Source of the DNA: a virus
DNA length: 64,000 nucleotides
Direction: 5' to 3' (one strand)
IMG/VR virus record: IMGVR_UViG_3300009173_000010
Coordinates: 8,807 to 72,806 of that record
The notes beneath the pieces are model-generated. The model did not search any database. It saw only the letters and a list, made by a program, of their open reading frames with translations, and was not told the origin of the DNA. Positions within the stretch are counted from its first letter, which is position 1, and the number at the start of each line of letters is the position of its first letter. Positions 19,640 through 29,635 of this stretch are shown in pieces. The position numbers and the translations under genes are program-made.

Positions 19640-21667
19640 ATGGCTACCTATATAGATCCGAAGGGTTATAAACCTAAAGATAGTGGTAAATCATTTGTTG
19701 TAGGCTCATCCGAAGCACCACGTGTTCACGGGTTTTCAGGAACGAAATGGCAAAAGTACGATTCGGCTCCTCGCTTTAAGAATCAATTTTTTGTACATTT
19801 TCAGTTTAGACCTCAAGTGACATATTCGGGTGGTTTTGAAACTTTGAAGGGCGTTTCGTATAAAGTTATAACGTTTGACGCCCCAAAGTTTGAAATCCAA
19901 AACGAAACAATGATGCAATATAATAAACGTCGCATTATTCCTACACAGATACAATTTAGCCCGTGCAATATTACTTGGCATGATACTAAAGATGCTCAGG
20001 TCCAGCAATTTTGGCAATTTATCTATAACTTTTATTTTAAAGATGGCATGAAGAAAAAGCCTGGCCTATATGAAATGTCAGCATCTACAAAGATAGTTGA
20101 AGGCGCTGATGCAGGCGCAATTAAAACGCCGCTTCCACATGAACAGTTTGGTTATCATTTAGGTAATAAAGAAGAATATCCGAACTTGTTTAGTGCAATC
20201 TCATTATATCTTGTTGCAAATTCAAAATATACTCGTATAGATTTAGTAAATCCATATTTACAAGCATTTAATCATGATTCATTAAGTCAAGAAGATCCAA
20301 ATACTCTTATGACTTTAACAGCAACCTTTCAACCCGAAACAGTTGTTTATGTTGCTGAAAACAAAACCCTTAATGAGGCCGACGATTATAATGGAACAGT
20401 ACGAGCATTACTGGGCATGAGCGATAAAAATACGGCTATTTTTAATCATTATAGTTATGATGATACAATACCAGAAGTAAAAAATGGCCCAAAAAATATT
20501 GCTATTGTTCGTGATTCGATTGGCATGGGAACAAACCCAACAGATGGAACACTTGAGAAGAAAATTGGTAGGCGGAGTGCAGGAATGGCAACAGATAGTG
20601 GAGATTTAGATACTATGTTCTCACCCACTTTAGTCTCTTCATCAAAGGATTATATGCAATGGTGGCACACAGGCGATGTTGAAGAAATGGAAGTAATACT
20701 TCAAAACATTGGTGTTACAATAGCCGTTGACGATTTTTCATTTTTAACGCAGACAATGACAAATCTGTTTAAAGGTACAAAACCTCCACAACATATTGAA
20801 AAACTAGCAAAGTCATTACAAACAGCAGTAGCAACCGACCCTGCAATTGCATCTAATCCAGCAACATTGGGCGGTAATGCCGGTGCCGTTGATACGACGC
20901 CGCCCTTCGCCTTAGAAAAAGCCAATGTTGCGGCCTTTGATGATTTAAATGCGGCGATGTCATCAGTTACTGATCCTGGCGTTGTGCCAAGTGAAAAAAG
21001 CACAGCCGCTTTAAAAACTGCTATTACTAATGTTAAGACAGCACCACCGGGTACAGTTGGCAAAGCACTTTCAACCGCTCTATCATATGGCCAATCGTCA
21101 ATAGCCGTTAACGTATCAGGCGCACGGGCATCATTAATGGGCGGAACAGTACCGTCTTTTAATGCTCCGGGACTGAGTAATATAGGATTTGGTTCGTTGT
21201 TGCCATCAGGGCTGTCTGGTTTAAATCAAACTTTGCAAACATTAAGTACAATAGCAAGTGTTGTAAATGTTGTTGCTGGCGGAAATTCTTTTGGTAAATT
21301 TTCAACTGGTGCAAGTACATTAGCAAATGTAGTACAAGGATTATCAACTGGTAATTTAAGACAGGCGGCATTATCGGTTGGTACGCAAACACATTTTTCA
21401 CCAAATATAGGAAAGGCAATCACAGTTATTGATATGGTAACAGCAAGCCAAGCAACGTCTCAAAGATTGGTAGGTTCTAATTTCAATAATAGCGTAGTTT
21501 CAAGTTCACGAGGCGCCGCCAAGCCGTGGGTTAATCCGGATTCATTAGGTAATAAAACAGTTAATACAACATTGTTAACAACACAAGGAAAAGTTGCTCC
21601 CACATCATTTAATAAAACATTCGGCCCAGCCACATCAACGCAAAATAAAAATATTCATCCTTGGTAA
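19640..21667 (+). CDS. Tail-tube-like / baseplate tube initiator protein with long low-complexity C-terminus
   Basis: N-terminal tube-fold pattern 'DAPKFEI..ETMMQYNKRR....IQFSPCNITWHD'; position after the tube gene. Confidence 0.55.
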   Translation: MATYIDPKGYKPKDSGKSFVVGSSEAPRVHGFSGTKWQKYDSAPRFKNQFFVHFQFRPQVTYSGGFETLKGVSYKVITFDAPKFEIQNETMMQYNKRRIIPTQIQFSPCNITWHDTKDAQVQQFWQFIYNFYFKDGMKKKPGLYEMSASTKIVEGADAGAIKTPLPHEQFGYHLGNKEEYPNLFSAISLYLVANSKYTRIDLVNPYLQAFNHDSLSQEDPNTLMTLTATFQPETVVYVAENKTLNEADDYNGTVRALLGMSDKNTAIFNHYSYDDTIPEVKNGPKNIAIVRDSIGMGTNPTDGTLEKKIGRRSAGMATDSGDLDTMFSPTLVSSSKDYMQWWHTGDVEEMEVILQNIGVTIAVDDFSFLTQTMTNLFKGTKPPQHIEKLAKSLQTAVATDPAIASNPATLGGNAGAVDTTPPFALEKANVAAFDDLNAAMSSVTDPGVVPSEKSTAALKTAITNVKTAPPGTVGKALSTALSYGQSSIAVNVSGARASLMGGTVPSFNAPGLSNIGFGSLLPSGLSGLNQTLQTLSTIASVVNVVAGGNSFGKFSTGASTLANVVQGLSTGNLRQAALSVGTQTHFSPNIGKAITVIDMVTASQATSQRLVGSNFNNSVVSSSRGAAKPWVNPDSLGNKTVNTTLLTTQGKVAPTSFNKTFGPATSTQNKNIHPW

Positions 21668-21675
21668 ATATTAAT

Positions 21676-22080
21676 ATGAGTACACAATTAACAGGAGCAA
21701 CCGGTTTAGTTAAATCTTTTGGTAAGACAAAAAAGTCTGAGCCAGGCAGTACATTTTTAAGTAATATTAATATGGGCGAAATGCAGATTAATGGAGCCGA
21801 GTTTGATATTGTTCGTGGTATACTTGAAGCAGATCATAATGTATCAAGCGAAGTCAAGAATGTTTTAGCAGTTCTTATGTTAGAAGCGGCAAAAGGCCTT
21901 AATATTAGTGTTACTGAATTGGTCGAATTAGGTAGCATAAATCCTAATAAAATTAGTATACCAGAAGTAGGTCTCGAGATGATTAATCGATTGAGACCGA
22001 TTACGAGCCAAATTGGAATGAAAACTGTTAATGCCAAAGCATCTGATGTTGTGTACATTGACAGGAATATTATTTCATAA
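21676..22080 (+). CDS. Hypothetical virion-associated protein (start revised to MSTQ)
   Basis: TAAATA-N5-ATG at 21676. Confidence 0.55.
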   Translation: MSTQLTGATGLVKSFGKTKKSEPGSTFLSNINMGEMQINGAEFDIVRGILEADHNVSSEVKNVLAVLMLEAAKGLNISVTELVELGSINPNKISIPEVGLEMINRLRPITSQIGMKTVNAKASDVVYIDRNIIS

Positions 22081-22541
22081 TGGCCAAACAACCCAAGTTT
22101 GCAAGAGGGTTATTCACTCCTCAAAATCATAAAAAATATGTTGGTTTAAAACAGCCAAGATACAGATCTGGCTGGGAATTAGCATTTATGAGAATGTGTG
22201 ATGCTCATCCTAATATAGTTAGTTGGGCAAGCGAACCATTACGAATTCCATATATTAATCCAATGACAGGACGCAAAACAAATTATATTCCAGATTTTGT
22301 AATACAGTATAGAGATCGGCATGGTAAAGCACATAATGAAGTAATTGAAATTAAACCATTTGCCCAGACTACAGACGAAAGAGCAGGTAGCCAAACAGAA
22401 AAAGCAATGGCTTTAGTTAACAAGGCCAAATGGCAAGCCGCATACGAATGGTCAAGTCAACGTGGCCTACGATTTCGAGTATTAACTGAAAATGAAATTT
22501 TTATGAATCCTCAAAAAAAGAAATCTCGTAAACGTAGATAA
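22080..22541 (+). CDS. Head completion nuclease (T4 gp4-like, TnsA-type fold)
   Basis: 'PQNHKKYVG...YRSGWE..FM..CD..PNI..WASE...IPY...YIPDF...EIKP...NKAKW...FRVLTE'. Confidence 0.88.
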   Translation: MAKQPKFARGLFTPQNHKKYVGLKQPRYRSGWELAFMRMCDAHPNIVSWASEPLRIPYINPMTGRKTNYIPDFVIQYRDRHGKAHNEVIEIKPFAQTTDERAGSQTEKAMALVNKAKWQAAYEWSSQRGLRFRVLTENEIFMNPQKKKSRKRR

Positions 22542-22571
22542 TGTTATATCTATAAATAATATGGGTAGTTA

Positions 22572-23108
22572 ATGATGACAAAAAAACTTGAAGAAGAATT
22601 TAATTTGCCTCCATTAAAAGAGGCCCTTGCTGATGCCGAAAATCATAACGGTTTGGAAACGCCTGATGATATATCTGAAGATGAAGAAGTAATTGAAAAA
22701 GAAAAACTTCCTATTGATGCTATTGAAATACAAACAGCATTACGAGCGGCAGATAAAATTGATCAAGCACTGCCAACTGTTAGAGGATTGGAATCACATG
22801 ATTTAGATATGGATTCATATGCTACACAGGCAGAACAAGCATTTAAAGACTTAATGGATTTAGGAATGAACGTAGAAACTCGCCATGCAGGCGATATTTT
22901 TGCGGCCGCCCAACGTATGTTAAAGAATTCAATTGAAGCAAAAGCAAATAAAGCAGATAAAAAATTAAAAATGATTGAAATGCAACTTAAAAAGATGAAA
23001 TTAGATCAAGAAAAAAACGGAGATTCGGGCGCAATTCAAGGCAAAGGTTATGTGATTGCTGACAGAAATGATATTCTTAAAAGTTTTCTAGATCAAGAAA
23101 ATGAATAA
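22572..23108 (+). CDS. Conserved helical protein, possibly terminase small subunit-like
   Basis: Helical pattern 'LMDLGMNVE.RHAGDIF..AQRML...KKLKMIEMQ...VIADRNDIL' parallels the gp16 architecture; late promoter TATAAATA at 22551. Confidence 0.4.
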   Translation: MMTKKLEEEFNLPPLKEALADAENHNGLETPDDISEDEEVIEKEKLPIDAIEIQTALRAADKIDQALPTVRGLESHDLDMDSYATQAEQAFKDLMDLGMNVETRHAGDIFAAAQRMLKNSIEAKANKADKKLKMIEMQLKKMKLDQEKNGDSGAIQGKGYVIADRNDILKSFLDQENE

Positions 23109-23141
23109 ATAGTAAAAAGAACTCTTAAGAGGGAAAACAAA

Positions 23142-23678
23142 ATGAAAAAATTATCAGATTATTTGGCCGAGTCTGTTAAAGAATTTAATTATAAAATTAA
23201 GATTCTTGGTGAAGTAGAAGATGGCATGATGGATGCTATTGAAAATGAATTAAAGAAATACGATCTCAAATCAATGGGCTCACCAACAAGAACAATGTTC
23301 CAGAAAAATCCTTTAGATTTTGAGGAAGGTGTATCAGGCGAAGTTAATATTGCTAGTTTTAAAACAGGTATTGCATTACCAAAAGATGCAGTACGAGATG
23401 TTATTGCACATAAGTTAGGAATTCCGGAAAAATATTTAAAGATCCGATCAGAAAACGATCCACTTGAATATTCTCTTGTTGACAATGCAGTTGATACTGA
23501 AATTACAGTAGGCGAAAGCGATCCTGCAGATTCAGCATTAATGAATGAATATGAAGCAGATGAACATAAAGCAGAAGATTATCATGGCAATGAATTTAAT
23601 ACAAAATTTGTTGATGAATTAATGAAGTTAGTAAAAGATAGAGATCAACATGTATCTAAATACATGAAGGAAGAATAA
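23142..23678 (+). CDS. Putative head/internal protein with capsid-targeting-like N-terminus
   Basis: MKKLSDYLAES; late promoter at ~23106. Confidence 0.55.
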   Translation: MKKLSDYLAESVKEFNYKIKILGEVEDGMMDAIENELKKYDLKSMGSPTRTMFQKNPLDFEEGVSGEVNIASFKTGIALPKDAVRDVIAHKLGIPEKYLKIRSENDPLEYSLVDNAVDTEITVGESDPADSALMNEYEADEHKAEDYHGNEFNTKFVDELMKLVKDRDQHVSKYMKEE

Positions 23679-23685
23679 TTCCGGA

Positions 23686-24999
23686 GTGGATGAAATGACA
23701 AATAATGGAACTAAGTATAATGCAGATTTATATCGTGCATTGGATATTATAAAGAAGTATAATATGCCTAATCAACCTAAAGCAGTTGATGAAGCACCAT
23801 ATGGATTGATAAATCGTGCAAAAGATGCTGTAAAGGGTGGCGTCGGTGCAATGGTGGGCAAAGGACAGATGTCTAAAGGTAGAATAGAAGCAGGTCGATT
23901 GTCGGATGATTTAAATAAACAATATTTACAATTTTTAGGACAACGCGGACATAAGAATCAAAAGACTCAAACAGTTCAGGATATTACAGATTTCTTTTCT
24001 AAATTTCAAGTTGATCCGGCTTCGTATTTTGCAAAAGCAGGAGTTGCCGCAGGCGAGCCAACCACAGTACTTACAAAAAAACAATCCGATAATGTTGTAT
24101 TACAAATTGGTCAAGGAATGGCGTCAAGCGGAAAAGTCCCACCAGGCATGGGCGCCGCAGAAGATCCAGCCACGGCCGGTAAAGCCGCAACTGATACAGC
24201 ACCAACATCAGCAGGCGCAAAGGCCGCAGGAGCGGCAGGAGCCGCAGGCGCAGCCGGCGCTTCATTTGGTAGAAAATCTGATGGTACAGCGGCCGCAACA
24301 GGCGGAGCAGGCGCAACAGGAGCCGCAGGCGGAGCAGGCGCAACAGGCGGAGCAGGCACAACAGGAGCCGCAGCCGAACCAGGCACAACAGGAGCCGCAG
24401 GCGAACCAGGAGCCGCAGGAGCGGCAGGAGCCGCAGGAGCGGCAGGAGCCGCAGGAGCGGCAGGAGCGGCAGGAGCCGCAGGCGAACCAGGAGCCGCAGG
24501 AGCCGCAGGAGCCGCAGGCGAACCAGGAGCCGCAGGCGAACCAGGAGCCGCAGGCGAACCAGGAGCCGCAGGCGAACCAGAAACGCCAGCCACGCCAGCC
24601 ACGCCAGCACAAAAGTTTAATAATGGTGATGAAGTTAGTTATATAACTTCAAAAGGCAAACCACAAGATGGCATATTTGTACAATATTTAGATACTAAAG
24701 ATGCCGAAGGCGACCCACAAGCACAGGTTCGACAACCTAATCAAACAGATGCTCAAGCCTATGCAATTGATGCGGACAGTATCGGCCCTAAAGGTTCTCC
24801 ACCAGTTAATAATGATGCGGCAAAAGCAAGTACACCAGCACAAAATAAGGTACTTGGCCAAGTTGAAAAATTAAATGACAGTGATCGCGTAAAATTAAAA
24901 AATACTATTGGTAGAATTTTAACAAGCCAAGCAATGAAAGCAAGTCCTGGACGATTAGCCGCCAGCAAGAAGCCAGCCGGGGAGGTATCAGCAGGATGA
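23686..24999 (+). CDS. Putative head protein with collagen-like Gly-X-Y tract
   Basis: About 31 Gly-X-Y triplets (GAA/GEP/GTT), one interrupted. Confidence 0.65.
   Translation: MDEMTNNGTKYNADLYRALDIIKKYNMPNQPKAVDEAPYGLINRAKDAVKGGVGAMVGKGQMSKGRIEAGRLSDDLNKQYLQFLGQRGHKNQKTQTVQDITDFFSKFQVDPASYFAKAGVAAGEPTTVLTKKQSDNVVLQIGQGMASSGKVPPGMGAAEDPATAGKAATDTAPTSAGAKAAGAAGAAGAAGASFGRKSDGTAAATGGAGATGAAGGAGATGGAGTTGAAAEPGTTGAAGEPGAAGAAGAAGAAGAAGAAGAAGAAGEPGAAGAAGAAGEPGAAGEPGAAGEPGAAGEPETPATPATPAQKFNNGDEVSYITSKGKPQDGIFVQYLDTKDAEGDPQAQVRQPNQTDAQAYAIDADSIGPKGSPPVNNDAAKASTPAQNKVLGQVEKLNDSDRVKLKNTIGRILTSQAMKASPGRLAASKKPAGEVSAG
24301..24579 (+). repeat. GC-rich 9-bp-unit coding tandem repeat (GGAGCCGCA / GGCGAACCA)
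   Basis: Directly visible tandem units encoding GAA and GEP. Confidence 0.9.
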
Positions 25000-27503
25000 A
25001 ACTAACAGAATTAAAAAATAAAAAAATGTATCTATATGAGAGCGAACTTGGATCTGATTTAGATAATTTTACATCTGAACAAAAAGAAGTAATGCGTCAA
25101 GTTGAAGAAACATTGATGCCTTATATTAATGAGTATAAACGGTTAATTTTATCAGAAGCGGCAGTTACACCAGACCAAGTAAATGCTATTTTTCAACAAG
25201 CAGTTGATGGCCATATAGAAGCAACCGGTAATCCAGGTTTATTAAAGAAAAGTACACAAGCAATTGGTAAAAGTTTACCAGTTAAAGCGGTAAAAGCGGC
25301 CAATAAGGCACTTAACGACTTAGGTAAAAAGATTCAAGATACTGAACCAGTACAAAATTTTGATGCTTTAGTTGCTAAAAAGATTGGAGAAATGAAAGTT
25401 AAACTAGAAGACAGTCCAATGGGGGCGGCTCTAGTTAAACAAGTACAAGCATATGGTAAGTGGGGTAAAGAGAACCCAGGTAAACAAGCAATTATTGTTG
25501 CTGTAATTACATTAGCAGGCGGCATGATCGCTGGCCCAGCCGGCGGCGCTATTGCTGGTTTTGTAATGAGAGCAGGTAACGATTTGATTGCAGGCGAAAA
25601 GTTAAGTACAGCAGTTGGTAGAGCAGGAAAAACAGCGGCAATTGGTGCTCTTGTTGGTTTTGCGGCCAATTGGCTTGGCGACGGTGTTATTTCTAATATT
25701 GAAATGGCAGGTATCGAAGACATTGAAGGAATGGAAGCGGCCATGAAAGCGATCAATGTTGAGGATGCAATGGCCGGAGTAACTGATCAATATGGTGATC
25801 TTGTTGCTGAATTAGATGGTGCTATGTCAATTCAATCGACGGGTAGTATTAATGCTTTCCATTATAGTTATGATATTATTATGCCACCTGATGTATATGA
25901 ACAATTTGAAGCCGCAAAAGCGGCAGTCTCGGCCACCGGCGGTAATTGGTCGCCAGAATGGTATACAGAAGTAGCAAAATATCATGAAATGATGGCAGGT
26001 TTGCAAAACGACCCTATCCAAGGAACAATGCGAGCGGCAGTAGATGCAATTAAATCGGCACAAGAAACAGGAATGTCAATTGATCAATTAGAACAAGTTA
26101 TAGGTCAATATGATAATCTCGACGGTTTATTAACTAATTTAGAAGCGGCACAAGGCCCTGTTGCGGCCGCGGCACAAGCGGCGGTTCAACAAGCAGATCA
26201 ATTAAAGGCAGCCGCAACAAAAGCAGGCGAACCAGAAGAACCTGAAAAACCAGTTCCAGCCGAAATGATTCCAGCAGGTGCTGGAGAAGAAACTGCTAAA
26301 GAAAGTTTTGAAGAAAATGACGATCATTTATATGAACTTAATTTTGCTGGAATAAAAACAGCAATGGGTGGTGTGCTGGCCAAGGCCGCCGCTGCCGTAG
26401 CCGATGTTGGCGCAATATCAGTAGATGGTTTAGTAAACGCATGGAAAAAAGCAGGTTCACCAGAAGATTCAGCAAGTATTAGAAATATAGTAGTTGATGC
26501 TGGAATTGGCGCTGATACAGTTGATAATGCATTTTCATCAGCAGGAATTGACGTAAGTGCAGAACCAGAAGCAGGTGCAGATGCCGAAGCAGAAGCAGGT
26601 GCAGAAGCAGGTGCAGAAGCAGGCGCGGATGCCGAAGCAGAAGCAGGTGCAGAAGCAGGTGCAGAAGCAGGCGCGGATGCCGAAGCAGGCGCAGATGCCG
26701 ATGCCGAAGCAGGCGCAGATGCCGATGCCGAAGCCGGCGCCGAAGCAGGCGCTGAAGAACCAGCAGGCCCAGCAGACGATCAAGTATTGCAAGATTTAGC
26801 ACAAATGATTATTGATAATGGTATGGTACAAGTACCACAAGGCAATGTAACCCATGCAGGCCTTATGGCCCTAATTGGTGAATCAGTTAGTAATGAAGAG
26901 TTAAATGATTTAATGGAGAGAATAATGAAAATCGATGAAATGTGTGGTGTTTGTGATCCAACAGGTCCTGAGGTAATGCCAGAACCTAAAACAAATTACA
27001 ATCTAAACATCACCCAAGATGATGGTAATACTCATAAAACTATGAATGTTACTAGTGATGCTCCTGATGAATTAATGAAAGTATTAAGTTTGGCGGGCGT
27101 TTCAACCGGCCATTCAGAACCAGATGGTGATGAAATTGTTGGCGTTGACCTTGATGGCGATGAGCCAGCAGGCCCACAAAGTATGGGCGACTTAGTACAG
27201 AAGTTAAACAACATTGGAAGCAATAGCGATGAACATGACCACGACGGTATGACACATTCACATCCAAATGATGGCGAGCACGACCATGATGATGATGGCG
27301 AAGAGTATGAAAGTGTTGAACAAGACCCACGTAGTAAGCCAAAATATTGGTCCAGATCTGATTTACCGATACATGGCGCAGGCGAGAAAAAGCAACCAAA
27401 GCAACGCACAGTAAGTGCAAGACAAGGCGACAATCCTTATCTTAATGCAGAATCGTTAGAGGAAAAATTCTCAAAAGCATACACAGACTATAAAAGCGAG
27501 TAA
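24996..27503 (+). CDS. Large acidic putative head/ejection protein with hydrophobic Gly-Ala segment, AEAG repeats and His/Asp-rich motif
   Basis: MKLTELKN N-terminus; AIIVAVITLAGGMIAGPAGGAIAG; AEAG/ADAE repeats; DEHDHDGMTHSHPNDGEHDHD. Confidence 0.6.
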   Translation: MKLTELKNKKMYLYESELGSDLDNFTSEQKEVMRQVEETLMPYINEYKRLILSEAAVTPDQVNAIFQQAVDGHIEATGNPGLLKKSTQAIGKSLPVKAVKAANKALNDLGKKIQDTEPVQNFDALVAKKIGEMKVKLEDSPMGAALVKQVQAYGKWGKENPGKQAIIVAVITLAGGMIAGPAGGAIAGFVMRAGNDLIAGEKLSTAVGRAGKTAAIGALVGFAANWLGDGVISNIEMAGIEDIEGMEAAMKAINVEDAMAGVTDQYGDLVAELDGAMSIQSTGSINAFHYSYDIIMPPDVYEQFEAAKAAVSATGGNWSPEWYTEVAKYHEMMAGLQNDPIQGTMRAAVDAIKSAQETGMSIDQLEQVIGQYDNLDGLLTNLEAAQGPVAAAAQAAVQQADQLKAAATKAGEPEEPEKPVPAEMIPAGAGEETAKESFEENDDHLYELNFAGIKTAMGGVLAKAAAAVADVGAISVDGLVNAWKKAGSPEDSASIRNIVVDAGIGADTVDNAFSSAGIDVSAEPEAGADAEAEAGAEAGAEAGADAEAEAGAEAGAEAGADAEAGADADAEAGADADAEAGAEAGAEEPAGPADDQVLQDLAQMIIDNGMVQVPQGNVTHAGLMALIGESVSNEELNDLMERIMKIDEMCGVCDPTGPEVMPEPKTNYNLNITQDDGNTHKTMNVTSDAPDELMKVLSLAGVSTGHSEPDGDEIVGVDLDGDEPAGPQSMGDLVQKLNNIGSNSDEHDHDGMTHSHPNDGEHDHDDDGEEYESVEQDPRSKPKYWSRSDLPIHGAGEKKQPKQRTVSARQGDNPYLNAESLEEKFSKAYTDYKSE
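26559..26756 (+). repeat. Coding tandem repeat (GCAGAAGCAGGT / GATGCCGAA units)
   Basis: Visible 12- and 18-bp units encoding AEAG and ADAEAG. Confidence 0.85.
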
Positions 27504-27508
27504 CTACT

Positions 27509-27841
27509 GTGAAGTTTTTTGAGATTGTAAATGAGGATTGGGAATCTGATGCCGCAGAACGCGAAAAGCGTGAGCGCGGCCATGATGCCTTTGATGCTTC
27601 ACATGATCAAGCATTGTGGCGCCGCCGCCCAGCCGATCGTTCCCCAGAAGTAGGTGATCACCGAGTGTGGGGCGGCATGAGTGGCAGTCTTATTAAACAA
27701 GCAAAGCGGTTAGAACATATTGTAGACGAACTTGAAGGGTTTAATGTTGAAGAAGCAGATCCAATAGTATTAAAACGTTTTCGAGATGCTCTCATGGATC
27801 TTAATGAAATTGAAATGGGCGACGACGATGAAAGCGAGTGA
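27509..27841 (+). CDS. Hypothetical acidic protein with capsid-targeting-like N-terminus
   Basis: MKFFEIVNE (GTG start). Confidence 0.55.
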   Translation: MKFFEIVNEDWESDAAEREKRERGHDAFDASHDQALWRRRPADRSPEVGDHRVWGGMSGSLIKQAKRLEHIVDELEGFNVEEADPIVLKRFRDALMDLNEIEMGDDDESE

Positions 27842-29315
27842 GTTTATATTTTTAATTGAAAAAGGCTTATCACATGGTGATCTTGCTAAAAGATATGGAG
27901 AGTATCTTGATCAATTAATTACGTTTATTAATAACGGCGAGGAAGTTGAATTAGAAGGCGCCTCATGGAAGAAATATGGTAATTTTGTAACATTTGAGAA
28001 AGAAGACGCAAAAAAACTTGCTCAAGTATATTATGGCCAAGATGAGATACCAACGGACAAAACCAACGTGGAAGTGACCGATGCAGGACCTGATCGAATT
28101 GTTCCTGTCGGCAACTATAAAACTTTAAGATTAACCATTCAAGGTACTAAAGATACAGTGCCGGTGGGTCATGTACATAAATCGGATAAATTTAAATCCG
28201 GTAAAGGATTTAATGCAGGTGATGTCGGCGAAGCATTTTTAGGTGCCGCGGCAACTGCTAAATTTAGATCACCTAATGTTGATATTACCGAAGAGGATAT
28301 TATAAACGTTCTTAAATCGATGACGATTACCGAAGCCGCAAAAACTTTACAGGGCGAAGTTTGGACCGAGGTTAATCTCGGCCCTAATAACATTCCGAAT
28401 TCTGACGCCGATGAGTTATACTTTAAATTAGTTTTGAATAGATCGGGTTTTACAGCAATTCAAAAAGCAATCAAATCAGGCACCTGGCATCCTAAAATGG
28501 CTGGATTGAATAGATCAGCAGTCATGTGGGCAAATACTAATCAAACTGTTACAAACGCAGTTAAAACAATAATTGAAAATGGCAAAAAAAATATGGTAAA
28601 AGTTACATCAGATGGTACAATGGATCAAAAAGGCACTAAAGCAGATTTATTTTTAACTGTTGATGATATAACAATTAGTTTATTAAGTGCTAAAACAGGT
28701 GATGTAAAACAGTTTGGCCAAGTTAGTGGAGATACATTTGAGGTTTTTCAAGAATATTTTAACAAGATTCTTGGAGTAGATATACCCGATACTTGGATTG
28801 ACCAGTTAGAGGGAGTCGGCCGAAAAGAGAGTTTCGAGATTTTACAGAAAATATATGAAAAAGTATTTACTGAGTTAAAAGCCGAACTTGCAGGTAATAC
28901 AAAGAAAGAAGTTACATTTTTAGACAGACTTTATTCAGGTATTAAGCATTTCGCCACAAACAACGACCCAAACGTTAGCATGGTTATTTTAAAAACTACA
29001 CCAAACGCACCCGGATATAAAGAATTATTCTTTGGTCCAGAGTTACATGAAGCAATGAAACAGTTTGATTTAAAGATAGATTATCAAGCAACCCCTCCAG
29101 TAATTAAAATCTTTGGCGTTCCGGTAGGATCGGATGCAAAAGAAGTATTCGCAGGCAAAGAAATGTTGGTTCAAATTAGATCGAATCTTAAACCTTCAGA
29201 AAGTTATTTAAGAAATACCATCGAAATGGGCGATCTATTAAAACATATTGCGGATGTTAAATATAAGATTGAGCGGGACGATCCCATCACTCAAATAAAC
29301 CCAACTAAACCTTAA
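27828..29315 (+). CDS. Putative head-packaged protein with restriction-endonuclease-like motif (start revised to MKASEF)
   Basis: MKASEFIFLIE start; 'GDVGE' helix and 'TKADLFL...SLLSAK' resemble a PD-(D/E)xK core. Confidence 0.45.
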   Translation: MKASEFIFLIEKGLSHGDLAKRYGEYLDQLITFINNGEEVELEGASWKKYGNFVTFEKEDAKKLAQVYYGQDEIPTDKTNVEVTDAGPDRIVPVGNYKTLRLTIQGTKDTVPVGHVHKSDKFKSGKGFNAGDVGEAFLGAAATAKFRSPNVDITEEDIINVLKSMTITEAAKTLQGEVWTEVNLGPNNIPNSDADELYFKLVLNRSGFTAIQKAIKSGTWHPKMAGLNRSAVMWANTNQTVTNAVKTIIENGKKNMVKVTSDGTMDQKGTKADLFLTVDDITISLLSAKTGDVKQFGQVSGDTFEVFQEYFNKILGVDIPDTWIDQLEGVGRKESFEILQKIYEKVFTELKAELAGNTKKEVTFLDRLYSGIKHFATNNDPNVSMVILKTTPNAPGYKELFFGPELHEAMKQFDLKIDYQATPPVIKIFGVPVGSDAKEVFAGKEMLVQIRSNLKPSESYLRNTIEMGDLLKHIADVKYKIERDDPITQINPTKP

Positions 29316-29366
29316 ATCTCCAATCATATAAATAAATTACAGTTGTATTTGTCAAGGAGGGTTCTT

Positions 29367-29627
29367 ATGCTTTTAAAGGAGTATCGTCTAACTACAATGT
29401 CAGTGTATTATTGGATGCCTGACTATAATCATATACTGCAACAATTTATATGGCAGTACATGGATGTTCCACCTGCTTTTGCTCGATCATATCGTTTTTT
29501 AGATTTTTGGAAAGAAAATATAGAAGCAGTAATTGAAGAAGTAACAATCGCACATGGCGATCACAATCCATGGGATCTACAGGTTACTAATGATTACCGT
29601 GTTGTGGATTTTGAGAAGAAATTTTAA
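29367..29627 (+). CDS. usg: Usg-like protein
   Basis: YRLTT..VYYWMPDY..ILQQFIWQ..DVPP.F....RFLDFW..NIE..I..V.IAH matches the alphaproteobacterial Usg pattern; AAGGAGG RBS. Confidence 0.75.
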   Translation: MLLKEYRLTTMSVYYWMPDYNHILQQFIWQYMDVPPAFARSYRFLDFWKENIEAVIEEVTIAHGDHNPWDLQVTNDYRVVDFEKKF

Positions 29628-29635
29628 AGGATAAC

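Noticed and set aside
24301-24579. Possible CRISPR array or DGR repeat
   Set aside because: Repeats are contiguous, in-frame coding units without unique spacers; no cas or reverse-transcriptase gene in the window.
24011-26802. Alternative-frame ORFs with QEPQ, LRLL or CGSC repeats
   Set aside because: By-products of stop-free GC-rich tandem repeats in the real genes.
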